The position numbers and the translations under genes were made by a program. The notes under the pieces are model-generated. The model did not search any database and was not told where the DNA came from. It saw only the letters and a program-made list of their open reading frames with translations. Source: Candidatus Cloacimonadales bacterium (lineage in GTDB: Bacteria; Cloacimonadota; Cloacimonadia; Cloacimonadales; JAIOQZ01). Taken from it: a DNA stretch of 64,000 nt. Every line of letters starts with the position of its first letter. Position 1 is the stretch's first letter. The stretch lies in assembly GCA_963674825.1 (NCBI GenBank), contig OY771587.1:2592001-2656000 (forward strand), given 5' to 3'. Below are positions 55,085 through 64,000 of this stretch, piece after piece.

Positions 55085-55386
55085 TCGTTTTCCGTCCTGA
55101 TTCTTATTTTGCCTGCGCTTGGAGGCACTGCGTAGTAACCTTTTCTCGGTTCCGGGCAATTGAAGTACAGTTCCTGTTTGACGCCTCCATTCAGATAGTC
55201 GTGATGTTCTTCATTGCTCCAGAAATAAAGTTCTGTCTTGTCCATCTCAGCGATTTCAACTTCACGCAGCAGTGTAACCCGTCGAATAATGGCATCTGTC
55301 TCGTGATCGAAATCCCCAATTTTATTGATGGGAATGTCATAGTTGGTTGATGGATTCTTCTCAACCGTGTTCAGATTTTGTTTCAT
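55081..55386 (-). CDS. Small protein, weakly GatC-like
   Basis: ATGA overlap with the epimerase gene; NCPEPRKGYYAVP resembles the GatC tail NAP....GYF.VP. Confidence 0.5.
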   Translation of the reverse strand: MKQNLNTVEKNPSTNYDIPINKIGDFDHETDAIIRRVTLLREVEIAEMDKTELYFWSNEEHHDYLNGGVKQELYFNCPEPRKGYYAVPPSAGKIRIRTENE

Positions 55387-55595
55387 TTATATATCTAACC
55401 AAGTCCTTATGCTAATATTACAGCGATCATTCGCTGGTTCGGAAATTACCCTGAGCGCACACCCATGCACCCAGCATAAAGAACGAAGCTGATTTATACC
55501 CGGTTTTTGTCAATTATTTTCCACGAAAGAAGATGCCTCGTTGCGGATTCCTATCGTGTGCTTGTTTCGAGACATTTCTGCCCGGAAACCATTGC

Positions 55596-55623
55596 TTGAC
55601 AACAACGATCGGTAAAGTACCTT
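55596..55623 (+). promoter_or_regulatory. Candidate sigma70 promoter
   Basis: TTGACA-16 nt-TACCTT, the same hexamer pair as at 33360. Confidence 0.45.
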
Positions 55624-55640
55624 TATGCACGGAGGTACCG

Positions 55641-56333
55641 ATGGCGAAACAGAAATGGTTCGATGAGAATACACTGTCGTTCTTCCGACGGTTGGAAATG
55701 AACAACGAACGCGAATGGTTCGAGGCTCATCGTAAAGATTACGAGCATTTCGTTCTCAATCCTGCGAGGATTTTTGTCAGCGACGTTGGTGAACAACTGC
55801 TGAAGAAGAGACCAGAATTGCAATTTTCACCCAGCGTCAATCAATCGATCTTCCGAATTTACCGGGATATCCGCTTCTCGAAAGACAAGAGCCCCTACAA
55901 GACTTTCCTCGGGATTCTCTGGTGGGAAGGTGGGAGCAAAAAGCTGGAAAACTCCTCCTTCTATTTCCAACTGGACAGCGACCGGATTCTGCTTGGCTGT
56001 GGGATATACCAGTTCAGCAAGGAACAGCTCGAGACCTATCGACAAGCGCTTGTGAACGAAAAGACCGGTAAAGCGCTTATGGACGCGATCAGCAAGAGCG
56101 ATTCGAAGGGCATCTTTGAGGTTGATGGGAAATTTTACAAGAACGTCCCACGGGGTTTCGATAAAGAACATCTCTACTCCGATTACCTGAAGCACAACGG
56201 TCTGTATTTTTCCTACACCTCGCCGTTGCCACCTCAGTTTGGTTCGAGAGAGTTAGTTGATTGGTGTGTTGAACATTTTATCGATATGATACCGCTGCAT
56301 GTGTGGCTCGTCGAAACGATGAAGAGTCTTTGA
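55641..56333 (+). CDS. DUF2461 family protein
   Basis: L..NNEREWF..H...Y, IFRIYRDIRFSKDKSPYKT, VPRGF; SD ggagg. Confidence 0.9.
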   Translation: MAKQKWFDENTLSFFRRLEMNNEREWFEAHRKDYEHFVLNPARIFVSDVGEQLLKKRPELQFSPSVNQSIFRIYRDIRFSKDKSPYKTFLGILWWEGGSKKLENSSFYFQLDSDRILLGCGIYQFSKEQLETYRQALVNEKTGKALMDAISKSDSKGIFEVDGKFYKNVPRGFDKEHLYSDYLKHNGLYFSYTSPLPPQFGSRELVDWCVEHFIDMIPLHVWLVETMKSL

Positions 56334-56791
56334 TGCGCCGAAAAGACAGAGAAATAACTGATCCTGCCGTCATCGAAGAGATCCTGAAAATTGGTGAAAC
56401 CTGCACGCTAGGATTGGTCGATGATGGAGAGCCTTACCTTGTGCCCATGAACTATGGCTACGTGAATGGTGCAATGTGGTTTCATTGCGCGCCAGATGGA
56501 CTCAAGCTGGACATCTTGAAGAAAAATCCACGAATATGCTTCAGCGTCGTTACCGACTACGAGATGGTTCGAACACCGGATTTCAGCAATTACACGAGTC
56601 ATTACCGGAGTGTCACCGGGTGGGGTAAGGTTGAGATCATGCAAACGGATGAGGAGATGATCGAAGGCTTGAACGTGCTCAAGGATCATGCCGGTTACCT
56701 GGAGAATTACGACTATCCAGCGTCTGTGCTCAAACGGGTGGTGGTCTTCCGTGTAGTGATCGAGAAGATGACCGGCAAACAGAACGTCTAA
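56333..56791 (+). CDS. Pyridoxamine 5'-phosphate oxidase-like flavin-binding protein (NimA-like)
   Basis: MRRKDREI, PYLVPMNY, FHCA..G.K, NPRICF, YRSV...G, MTGK. Confidence 0.9.
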   Translation: MRRKDREITDPAVIEEILKIGETCTLGLVDDGEPYLVPMNYGYVNGAMWFHCAPDGLKLDILKKNPRICFSVVTDYEMVRTPDFSNYTSHYRSVTGWGKVEIMQTDEEMIEGLNVLKDHAGYLENYDYPASVLKRVVVFRVVIEKMTGKQNV

Positions 56792-57582
56792 TCGCTCTGG
56801 ATCAGTTTATAGAGCTTCTCTCTTTCAGTTCCCAGAATACTGACGTGCGTTCCGCCATGCACCTCGTGATATTCCACACCCTCCAGTCTCGCCAGTTCCC
56901 GACTCATTTCGACTGATATCGAAGTATCTTTATCACCATGGAAGATGGTGACAGGTACATCAGGATGATTTTCATGCAAATTCTGTAGCCATTCCACATT
57001 GTTCATGCCGTCCGGGATAAGCCAGCCTAGAAGTCCGAACCGCTTGACCATTAACGTGCGCATTTTCGTAAAAGGGGCCATCAGGATGATGCGGTTGGGT
57101 GTTTTGTGTGAGGTGAATTGCATTGCTGCGCCTGTTCCGAATGAATGACCGATCAGGATAAGGCGATCATTAAAAATATCTTTATCCTCCTGGAACCGTG
57201 CAGCCAGTTTGCGTAAGGCTGCATCGACGCTCTGCCATACGCGGCTTGGCCGTAGTGAGCCCTCAGACGAACCACGTCCAGGATAATCGATCATGAGAAA
57301 ACCTGCGTCTTCGTCCGGATAATTCTGTGCAAAATCGAGCCAATCGAGTGCCCGGGACTTGATACCGGGGAAGATTACGACCAGTTTTTGAGGGATTTGC
57401 TCGGATTTGCTGAAATAGAGCGCTTGCTGCATTCCGGAGGAGATGTCGTAGTTGAGCTCGGTAAGGCGAGGCTCTTTCTGCATGCCGATGCGCTCTTCCT
57501 GGCTGTAGCGTAATTGGCTGCCACAGGCGGTGATAACGATCGATATGACGGCGGATACGAAGGGGATTCTTGATTTAACCAT
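56788..57582 (-). CDS. Alpha/beta hydrolase, probable lipoprotein
   Basis: ITAC lipobox; DYPGRG.S, GHSFG nucleophile elbow, HGDKD, GGTH. Confidence 0.88.
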   Translation of the reverse strand: MVKSRIPFVSAVISIVITACGSQLRYSQEERIGMQKEPRLTELNYDISSGMQQALYFSKSEQIPQKLVVIFPGIKSRALDWLDFAQNYPDEDAGFLMIDYPGRGSSEGSLRPSRVWQSVDAALRKLAARFQEDKDIFNDRLILIGHSFGTGAAMQFTSHKTPNRIILMAPFTKMRTLMVKRFGLLGWLIPDGMNNVEWLQNLHENHPDVPVTIFHGDKDTSISVEMSRELARLEGVEYHEVHGGTHVSILGTEREKLYKLIQSD

Positions 57583-57626
57583 GGGTTGATTTCGGGGGCT
57601 ATTGGGTTTTCTGTCAATGAAATCGT

Positions 57627-57756
57627 GGAGCCCTCATCCCAAATCTCCCTCGATACGTATTTGAGAGCCCCTCACCCCAGCCCTCTCCCACAAGTGGGAA
57701 GAGGGAGCAGAGAAACCCCATCCCTGCCTTCCCCTTTGGAAAAAGGGGAAGAGGAA
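57627..57756. repeat. Cluster of three CCC(T)CAYCCC REP-like units
   Basis: gagccctcatccc (57628), gagcccctcaccccagccctctcccacaagtgggaagaggg (57666), ccccatccctgccttcccctttggaaaaaggggaag (57716). Confidence 0.7.
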
Positions 57757-57780
57757 GAGAGTGTTGTTTGCAGATGGTTG

Positions 57781-57883
57781 TCACATTGCATATTCGCCCG
57801 ATCGCCTCGCGACGCCGTGTAACACCACGTCTTCGAAGTGGATGAACACGGCTGCTCGGGTTCGACCGAATCTGCTGCGTGAG
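57781..57883. repeat. Long intergenic hairpin element, copy 3
   Basis: gcatattcg/cgaatctgc, cccga/tcggg, gccgtgt/acacggc, ccac/gtgg; abuts the mutS stop codon. Confidence 0.75.
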
Positions 57884-57884
57884 T

Positions 57885-60509
57885 TCAAATCTTCTTCTGC
57901 AGTTCCATGAGGTATTGAAGTGCCTCAAAAGGTGTCATCTTGTCGAGTTCGAGGTCGCGGACTTCGTCGAGCACCGACTGCTTTTCCTCGGATTTCTCGT
58001 AGAGGATTTCGAAGATGTTGCGTTGCGGACTCTGCGAAGCGAGCTGTTTGCGCATTCGCGCGGTGAGTCCTTGGGGCGAGAGCTCGTGGGCCTCGAGGTT
58101 TTCGAGGATCTGTTTGGCTCTGCGGATCACTTTGTCGGGCATACCGGCAAGCCGGGCAACCTGGATACCGTAGCTCTGGTCGGAACCTCCGCGCTCGATC
58201 TTGCGCACGAAGACCATCTGGTCGTTCCACTCTTTCACGGAGACATTGAAGTTCTTTACGCCGCTAAGCACGTTTTCCAGCTCGGTAAGCTCGTGGTAGT
58301 GCGTCGCGAAGAGCGTCATGGCCTGCAAGCGCTTGATATTGTGGATATATTCGACGATGGACCATGCAAGGCTGAGGCCGTCGAAGGTGCTGGTTCCGCG
58401 ACCGATCTCGTCCAGCAAAATGAGCGAACGGTTGGTGGCGGAATTGAGGATGTTCGATGTCTCGATCATCTCTACAAGGAACGTACTCTGGCCCATAGCG
58501 AGGTTGTCGGATGCGCCGACGCGAGTGAAGACTTTGTCGAACACGGGCAGGCAGGCGGATGTTGCCGGCACGAAGCTTCCCATCTGCGCCATGACGGCGA
58601 TGAGCCCCACCTGACGGAGGTAAGTCGATTTACCGGCCATATTGGGGCCGGTGATGAGCGCGATCAGGCAGTCCTGGTGGTCGAGCGAAACATCATTGGG
58701 GATGAACGCCTCTCCATTAAGCAGCCTCTCCACAACGGGGTGCCGACTATCCACGATGTCCACCTTGCCTTCGCTGTTGAATACTGGCCGGCAATAGTTG
58801 TTGTGGTACGCGATCCAGGCGAGGTTGGTGATGAAATCGATTTCCGCGATGATGCCGACGTATTTTTGCATGCGCGGTGTTTGCTCAAAGACCTTCTCGC
58901 GGATCTTGAGGAATAGCTCGTATTCGATGTTCTGGATGCGTTCTTCCGCGCCGAGAACCTTCGATTCGTAGTCCTTGAGGTCGGGCGATATAAAGCGCTG
59001 GCTGTTGACCAGGGTTTGCTTGGCGATGTAGTGCTCGGGGACCTTCTCCGCATGGGTTTTCGTCACTTCGATGTAGTAGCCGAAGACCTTGTTGAAACCC
59101 ACCTTGAGGCTGGCGATACCAGTCTGCTCGCGTTCTTTCTGTTCCAGTCGGGCGATCCAGCCTTTTCCGTCCCGACTGATCTGACGAAGCTCGTCCAGCT
59201 CCTCATGATAGCCGTCACGGAAGAGATTGCCGTCTTTAATCTGGATGGGCGGATTCTCAACCAGCGCGCTTTCGATCTCGTTGATGATCTCCGAATAGTC
59301 GCTGATCTGCTCGACACACTCGGTAAAAATGTCGTTCTGGAAGCCTTCGAGCATGTTGATGAGCTGCGGCGCAGTGGAGAGATATGCTGTGAGCGATAGC
59401 ATCTCGCGCGGATTGATGCGCTGCGTCCCGGCCTTGCTGAGCAGGCGACTGAGGTCGCCGATAGTGTCCAGCAGTGTGCGGATGTCCTCTGTGAGGTGAA
59501 AGAGGTCTTTGCATTCGTACACAGCGTCGAGCCTGCGATCGATCTCCTTCTGGTGAATCAGCGGCTGTAATAGTCTATGATGCAGAAGCCGTGCGCCCAT
59601 TGGGGTCATGGTCTTGTCCAACACTCCGATAAGGCTTGCTTCGCGTGTGTTTGTTCGGAGGTTTTTGACCAGTTCGAGGTTTCGTCGCGAGGTCTCGTCG
59701 AGCTGCATGGCGTCCTCGATGGCGTAGCGACGCAGGGTTCTGACGTGCTTGAGGTCTGTTTTTTTAAGGGATGCAAGATAAGATAGGAGCAACCCTGCGG
59801 CGATGGTGCCAGGATCGTTATCTTTGGCTCCGAATCCCTCCAGCGTGCTGGTACTGAGCTGACTCATCAGAAGACTGGTAGCTTCGGCTGCATCGAAGAA
59901 ACCGTTTTCGTAATGGGTCAGTACCGGCTGATGCGCCAATCGCATGTCGTTGAGCGCGTGGATTAGCTCTTCGTCGAGTGAGACGATCTCCACGGGCTCT
60001 TTACGCATTATTTCGTCAGCGAGTTGAGTATCTTTGAGGACAGTGAAGTAAAATTCACCGGTGGAAATGTCGATCAGTGAAAAGCCGTAGTTCTTGCGCC
60101 GGGTGCCTGTGTAGATCGCAGCAAGGAAGTTGTTCTCCTTGCCGTCGATATACTGGTCGTCCACGATTGCGCCCGGTGTGATGATCTCTACCACTTCGCG
60201 CTTGACCAGTCCCTTCGCCTCCTTGGGATCTTCCACCTGTTCGCAGATTACCACTTTGGTGTTACTGCGGATGAGCTTGTCCATATAGCGATCAATGGCA
60301 TGATGAGGGATTCCCGCGAGTGGAACCGGGTTGTCGGACTTCCGGTCGCGTGCGGTGAGCGTAATGCCCAAAATTTTGGATGCTTTGATGGCGTCGTCGA
60401 AAAAGGTCTCGTAAAAATCGCCCATGCGGAAGAGGAGAAGCTTGTCGGGATGCATTTTCTTGATGTCCATGTACTGTTGAAGCATGGGTGTGAGCTTCTT
60501 CTCAGCCAT
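57885..60509 (-). CDS. mutS: DNA mismatch repair protein MutS
   Basis: TPMLQQY, FRMGDFYE, TGPNMAGKSTYLRQ, STFLVEM, DEIGRGTST, FATHYHEL, SYGIQVA. Confidence 0.98.
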   Translation of the reverse strand: MAEKKLTPMLQQYMDIKKMHPDKLLLFRMGDFYETFFDDAIKASKILGITLTARDRKSDNPVPLAGIPHHAIDRYMDKLIRSNTKVVICEQVEDPKEAKGLVKREVVEIITPGAIVDDQYIDGKENNFLAAIYTGTRRKNYGFSLIDISTGEFYFTVLKDTQLADEIMRKEPVEIVSLDEELIHALNDMRLAHQPVLTHYENGFFDAAEATSLLMSQLSTSTLEGFGAKDNDPGTIAAGLLLSYLASLKKTDLKHVRTLRRYAIEDAMQLDETSRRNLELVKNLRTNTREASLIGVLDKTMTPMGARLLHHRLLQPLIHQKEIDRRLDAVYECKDLFHLTEDIRTLLDTIGDLSRLLSKAGTQRINPREMLSLTAYLSTAPQLINMLEGFQNDIFTECVEQISDYSEIINEIESALVENPPIQIKDGNLFRDGYHEELDELRQISRDGKGWIARLEQKEREQTGIASLKVGFNKVFGYYIEVTKTHAEKVPEHYIAKQTLVNSQRFISPDLKDYESKVLGAEERIQNIEYELFLKIREKVFEQTPRMQKYVGIIAEIDFITNLAWIAYHNNYCRPVFNSEGKVDIVDSRHPVVERLLNGEAFIPNDVSLDHQDCLIALITGPNMAGKSTYLRQVGLIAVMAQMGSFVPATSACLPVFDKVFTRVGASDNLAMGQSTFLVEMIETSNILNSATNRSLILLDEIGRGTSTFDGLSLAWSIVEYIHNIKRLQAMTLFATHYHELTELENVLSGVKNFNVSVKEWNDQMVFVRKIERGGSDQSYGIQVARLAGMPDKVIRRAKQILENLEAHELSPQGLTARMRKQLASQSPQRNIFEILYEKSEEKQSVLDEVRDLELDKMTPFEALQYLMELQKKI

Positions 60510-61553
60510 TTAGTACCTCTGTATCAGCAGCGAGTTGATTTGCTCGCCAGAAAGTTTTTGTTTGATATCCAACGCTTCGTCTTTGGTTCGATAGGGCCCG
60601 GTTGCGACGACATACAGTTGCTTGCTGTTGACGATCTTGGTGAAGGTGATGGATGGATAGCCGGCGGTGATCATCTGCCGTTTATAGCGGTCGGCGTTGT
60701 CCTGCGTGCCAAATGCGCCTACTTGAAGGTAGTATTTGAGTGCATTGTCCGGGATCGGTTCTGGCTCGGCAGGCTTTTGGGCATTGCTCGTGTCGAACGT
60801 TGTGAAACTGGTGACATCCACATCGGCTTTATTCTGATCATCGAGTTGGTGCAGCCTGTCTTCGGCGGTGTAGCAATACTGTGTGTAGCGATATTCGTTC
60901 ATGATCTTGCGATAGGCGTTGATCGCCATCGTGAGGTTGCCGAGCTTCTCCTGGCATTCGCCGATCTTTAGCCACAGCAGTGGGATATTGGAGATATCGA
61001 CTGAATTCCGCATCATATCGAGCGTCTTGAGCGCGGTGGAGTAATCGCCCTTGTTCATCTGCGCTGAGGCGATGGTGAACCAGGTGGATTCGATCTTCAC
61101 GCTGTCTGTTGCTTGAGAGATAAAGACCTGAGCGGAGCTTACAGCGAGATTGTATTTTCCGAGCCGTTCGTAGTTCTTGGCTTCCCAGTATGATTTCTCA
61201 ACCAATCCAGAATCTTTCAACCCCTTCAGAGCGGTTTCAGCTTGATTGTACTCGCGCTCAAAAAAGTTGATTTTTGCTACCTCCAGAAGCGCTAGTTTTC
61301 CGTAGTGCGTTCCGGGATACGATTCGAAGATCACTTGAAGCTTCGCCTTTTGATCGGATGGTGCAAGTAGCGCTTTGTAGTAAGCTGCGCAGGCTTTTTC
61401 AGCGTCGGAAACGACCGGATTGTCTATAAGCGTTTTAAGTTGCGAGAGGTTTCCGATGTTATATGCACTCTCGCAGTCCTGCACGAAATCGGCAAACACG
61501 GCGCGTACCGATAACAGTAGGAGCAGCGCGACTAAAATTCGATTGGATGCCAT
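60510..61553 (-). CDS. TPR + SPOR domain periplasmic protein
   Basis: Signal peptide, TPR helices, C-terminal YYLQVGAF....NA...YVVATGPY. Confidence 0.85.
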   Translation of the reverse strand: MASNRILVALLLLLSVRAVFADFVQDCESAYNIGNLSQLKTLIDNPVVSDAEKACAAYYKALLAPSDQKAKLQVIFESYPGTHYGKLALLEVAKINFFEREYNQAETALKGLKDSGLVEKSYWEAKNYERLGKYNLAVSSAQVFISQATDSVKIESTWFTIASAQMNKGDYSTALKTLDMMRNSVDISNIPLLWLKIGECQEKLGNLTMAINAYRKIMNEYRYTQYCYTAEDRLHQLDDQNKADVDVTSFTTFDTSNAQKPAEPEPIPDNALKYYLQVGAFGTQDNADRYKRQMITAGYPSITFTKIVNSKQLYVVATGPYRTKDEALDIKQKLSGEQINSLLIQRY

Positions 61554-61587
61554 AACCTTTCCGTTGTTTATTCGTGTGTACCGGTGT

Positions 61588-62778
61588 TCAAGCTTTCTTC
61601 CTGATGATCGCTCCGGTGACGGGCATTTTCTCGACAGGTAATAGAATCTTCGTGTTCGGGCGCGCGGAATCGGTTGAACTACCGTCCTCTTCCAGAATCT
61701 TCTCGACGTTGATCAAACAATCGTCAGCCATATTGGGTGCAATCATCTCGATTTCATCGTCGACAATGAACTTTGCGCGGCATTCAATTTCCATCAAGCC
61801 GTCGTTCCAGCCGGTGACTTCTCCCAGAAATTGGTAGTCCTGGATATAGGCTGCGGAAGGATAGTGTTGCGCACCGGTGGATGAAAACCCATCGATGAAT
61901 CCATGATAGTAGGGCCTGTGACTGACCTTGTCCAGCTCTTCGCGGAGCCTTGTGTCTGGCATTTCACTCCGTACCGCGGCGTCAATGGCGGCGCGATAGG
62001 CGCGCGTTACAGCGGCAGTGTAATAGAGGCTCTTCATGCGACCTTCTATCTTTACGCTGTCCAGACCAGCTTCGATCAGTTCCGGGATGCGGTCGATAAG
62101 ATTGAGGTCGCGCGAATTGAAGAAATATGTTCCGCGTTCGTCTTCTGTGACGGTAAAGGTCTCGCCCGGTCGTGATTTCTCCTGTAGCTGGTATTCCCAT
62201 CGACAGGGTTGCGTGCAGAGGCCCTGGTTAGCGCTACGGTCGTTCAGGAACGCGCTGATCAGGCAGCGGCCTGACCACGCGATGCACATCGCGCCGTGAA
62301 CGAACATCTCCAGTTCGAGCTTCGGGAGCTTTTGCTTGATCTCCCTGATCTCGTTCAGAGTCAACTCACGTGCGAGAATGATTCGGCTTGCCCCCATATC
62401 GTGCCAGAACTTCGCCGTTCGCCACGAGGTGACGTTGGCCTGCGTGCTGATGTGGGTGATTAGTCCTGCCTCTTTTGCAAGTGTGAATACGCCCGGATCG
62501 GAGACAATGACCGCATCGACTCCGATGCCCTTGAGGAATTCGAGGTAGGGTGGGAGCTCTTCCAGATCGTGGTTACGCGCGTAAATGTTTACGGTGACGA
62601 AAACCTTCTTGCCAAGACCATGCGCGAAAAGAACAGCCTCTTCGAGCTCGCGATCGCTGAGATTGACAGCTTTCGCACGCAGCCCGAAACGTCTGCCTGC
62701 GGTATAGACAGCATCCGCGCCGTAAAGCAGCGCAAACCGGAGCTTATCGAAGCTGCCGGCGGGAGAAAGAAGTTCCAT
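61588..62778 (-). CDS. U32 family protein (TrhP/YegQ-like tRNA hydroxylation protein)
   Basis: ELLSPAG, GADAVY, HISTQAN, LAREL, HGAMCIAWSGRC, CTQPCR, KIEGRMKS. Confidence 0.92.
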   Translation of the reverse strand: MELLSPAGSFDKLRFALLYGADAVYTAGRRFGLRAKAVNLSDRELEEAVLFAHGLGKKVFVTVNIYARNHDLEELPPYLEFLKGIGVDAVIVSDPGVFTLAKEAGLITHISTQANVTSWRTAKFWHDMGASRIILARELTLNEIREIKQKLPKLELEMFVHGAMCIAWSGRCLISAFLNDRSANQGLCTQPCRWEYQLQEKSRPGETFTVTEDERGTYFFNSRDLNLIDRIPELIEAGLDSVKIEGRMKSLYYTAAVTRAYRAAIDAAVRSEMPDTRLREELDKVSHRPYYHGFIDGFSSTGAQHYPSAAYIQDYQFLGEVTGWNDGLMEIECRAKFIVDDEIEMIAPNMADDCLINVEKILEEDGSSTDSARPNTKILLPVEKMPVTGAIIRKKA

Positions 62779-64000
62779 TTACTGGCTCATGATGTTCAGG
62801 AATTCATCGTTGTTCTTCGATTGCAGCATTTTATTGCGCAATGTCTCGATTCCCTGATACGGGCTCATGGTCTTTAAGAATTTACGCATGACGAACATGC
62901 GGTTGATTTCGTTTTGAGAAAGAAGCAGTTCTTCGCGACGAGTACCTGATTTGACAAGGTCGATTGCCGGGAACAGACGAAGATCGCTGATGCTGCGGTC
63001 GAGAACCAGTTCCATATTACCGGTGCCCTTGAATTCTTCGAAGATCACCTGATCCATGCGGCTTCCGGTATCGATCAGCGCGGTTGCGATGATGGTCAGC
63101 GTACCAGATTCGAGCGTGTTACGGGCAGCGCCGAAGAACTTTTTCGGGCGATGCAGCGCGTTGGCATCGACACCACCGGAAAGAACCTTGCCGCTGGAGG
63201 GCTGCTGATTGTTGTAGGCGCGTGCCAGGCGGGTGATACTGTCGAGCATAATCACAACGTCTTTGCCCATTTCGACCATGCGCTTCGATTTTGCCAGAAC
63301 CATCTCTGCTACCTGGATGTGGTTGCGCGGGGTTTCGTCGAAGGTTGAGGCCACGACCTCGGAATTGGCAGGGATCAGCGTGCGACGCATTTCGGTCACT
63401 TCTTCCGGGCGTTCGTCAACGAGCAGCACGATCACGTAAACTTCGGGATGATTGGTCAGGATGGCGTTGGCGATATTCGCCAGAAGGACGGTTTTACCGG
63501 TTCTTGGAGCAGCCACGATCAAGCCACGCTGGCCTTTGCCGATCGGAGTGAAGAGGTTGATAATACGAGTGGAGATGTTCTTTTTATCGGTTTCCAGATT
63601 AAGCTTCTCTTCCGGGAAATACGGGGTAAGCGAATCGAAGTTCCTCACTTCTGTGACCATATCCGGTTTTTCGTAGTTAACCATGTCCACGCGCAAGAGA
63701 GCGTAATATTTCTCGCCTTCTTTAGGGGAACGTACTGGGCCGGATACGATATGACCTTTTTTCAGGTTGAAGCGACGGATCTGCGTGAGTGATACATAAA
63801 CGTCGTCGCGACCGGGGTTGTAATTGTTGTGCTGGAACCGGAGAAAGCCGTAGCCATCGTCCATGATTTCCAGACAGCCGGTTACGAAAGCGAGGCCTTC
63901 CTGGCCTGCGAGCGCTTCGAGCACCTTGAAGATCAGCTCGTTCTTGCGAAGGGTTGTCATAGAGGGAATCTCGAGTTCTGTGCCGACCTTGCGCAGTTCC
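62779..64000 (-). CDS. rho: Transcription termination factor Rho (5' end outside the window)
   Basis: [64 protein letters not shown]; frame stays open to the edge ([13 protein letters not shown]). Confidence 0.98.
   Translation of the reverse strand, partial: ELRKVGTELEIPSMTTLRKNELIFKVLEALAGQEGLAFVTGCLEIMDDGYGFLRFQHNNYNPGRDDVYVSLTQIRRFNLKKGHIVSGPVRSPKEGEKYYALLRVDMVNYEKPDMVTEVRNFDSLTPYFPEEKLNLETDKKNISTRIINLFTPIGKGQRGLIVAAPRTGKTVLLANIANAILTNHPEVYVIVLLVDERPEEVTEMRRTLIPANSEVVASTFDETPRNHIQVAEMVLAKSKRMVEMGKDVVIMLDSITRLARAYNNQQPSSGKVLSGGVDANALHRPKKFFGAARNTLESGTLTIIATALIDTGSRMDQVIFEEFKGTGNMELVLDRSISDLRLFPAIDLVKSGTRREELLLSQNEINRMFVMRKFLKTMSPYQGIETLRNKMLQSKNNDEFLNIMSQ

Noticed and set aside
25692..57883. 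Dispersed repeats as a CRISPR array
   Set aside because: Copies are isolated and kilobases apart, with no regular spacers and no cas genes in the window.
57879..58916. 345-aa plus-strand ORF
   Set aside because: Antisense to the conserved MutS ATPase domain.

Overview
Chromosomal window of about 55 genes from an anaerobic bacterium. It is probably FCB group, most consistent with Ca. Cloacimonadota. This is an inference from the FlgD-Ig/T9SS-like C-terminal tail, the bat operon and the DGGGP-synthase-like gene. Most of the window is housekeeping or envelope genes: argS, rsfS, murI, pyrG, purQ/S/B, pssA, lgt, mutS, rho, the moxR-bat operon and sugar-nucleotide genes. The stand-out feature is at 33808-38964. 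An aldehyde:ferredoxin oxidoreductase (AOR/WOR, tungstopterin family) is split in two and wrapped around a HydCBA/NuoEFG-like (Bfu) module: [AOR-N::NuoE]-[HydB/NuoF]-[HydA-N::AOR-C], followed by thiF/thiS-like sulfur-carrier genes and an ALDH7-type dehydrogenase. It looks like a compact three-subunit electron-bifurcating aldehyde oxidoreductase. Other points: a GGPP synthase next to a DGGGP-synthase-like prenyltransferase (archaeal-type ether lipid potential); an orphan glmL cassette; several apparent pseudoenzymes (M29-like, Psd-like, transglutaminase-like); a GatC-like orphan; and intergenic REP-like palindromes, including a ~100-130 nt hairpin family whose inner arms are swapped between copies. 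No rRNA, tRNA, CRISPR array or transposase was recognised. All family assignments come from reading motifs by eye, not from database searches.
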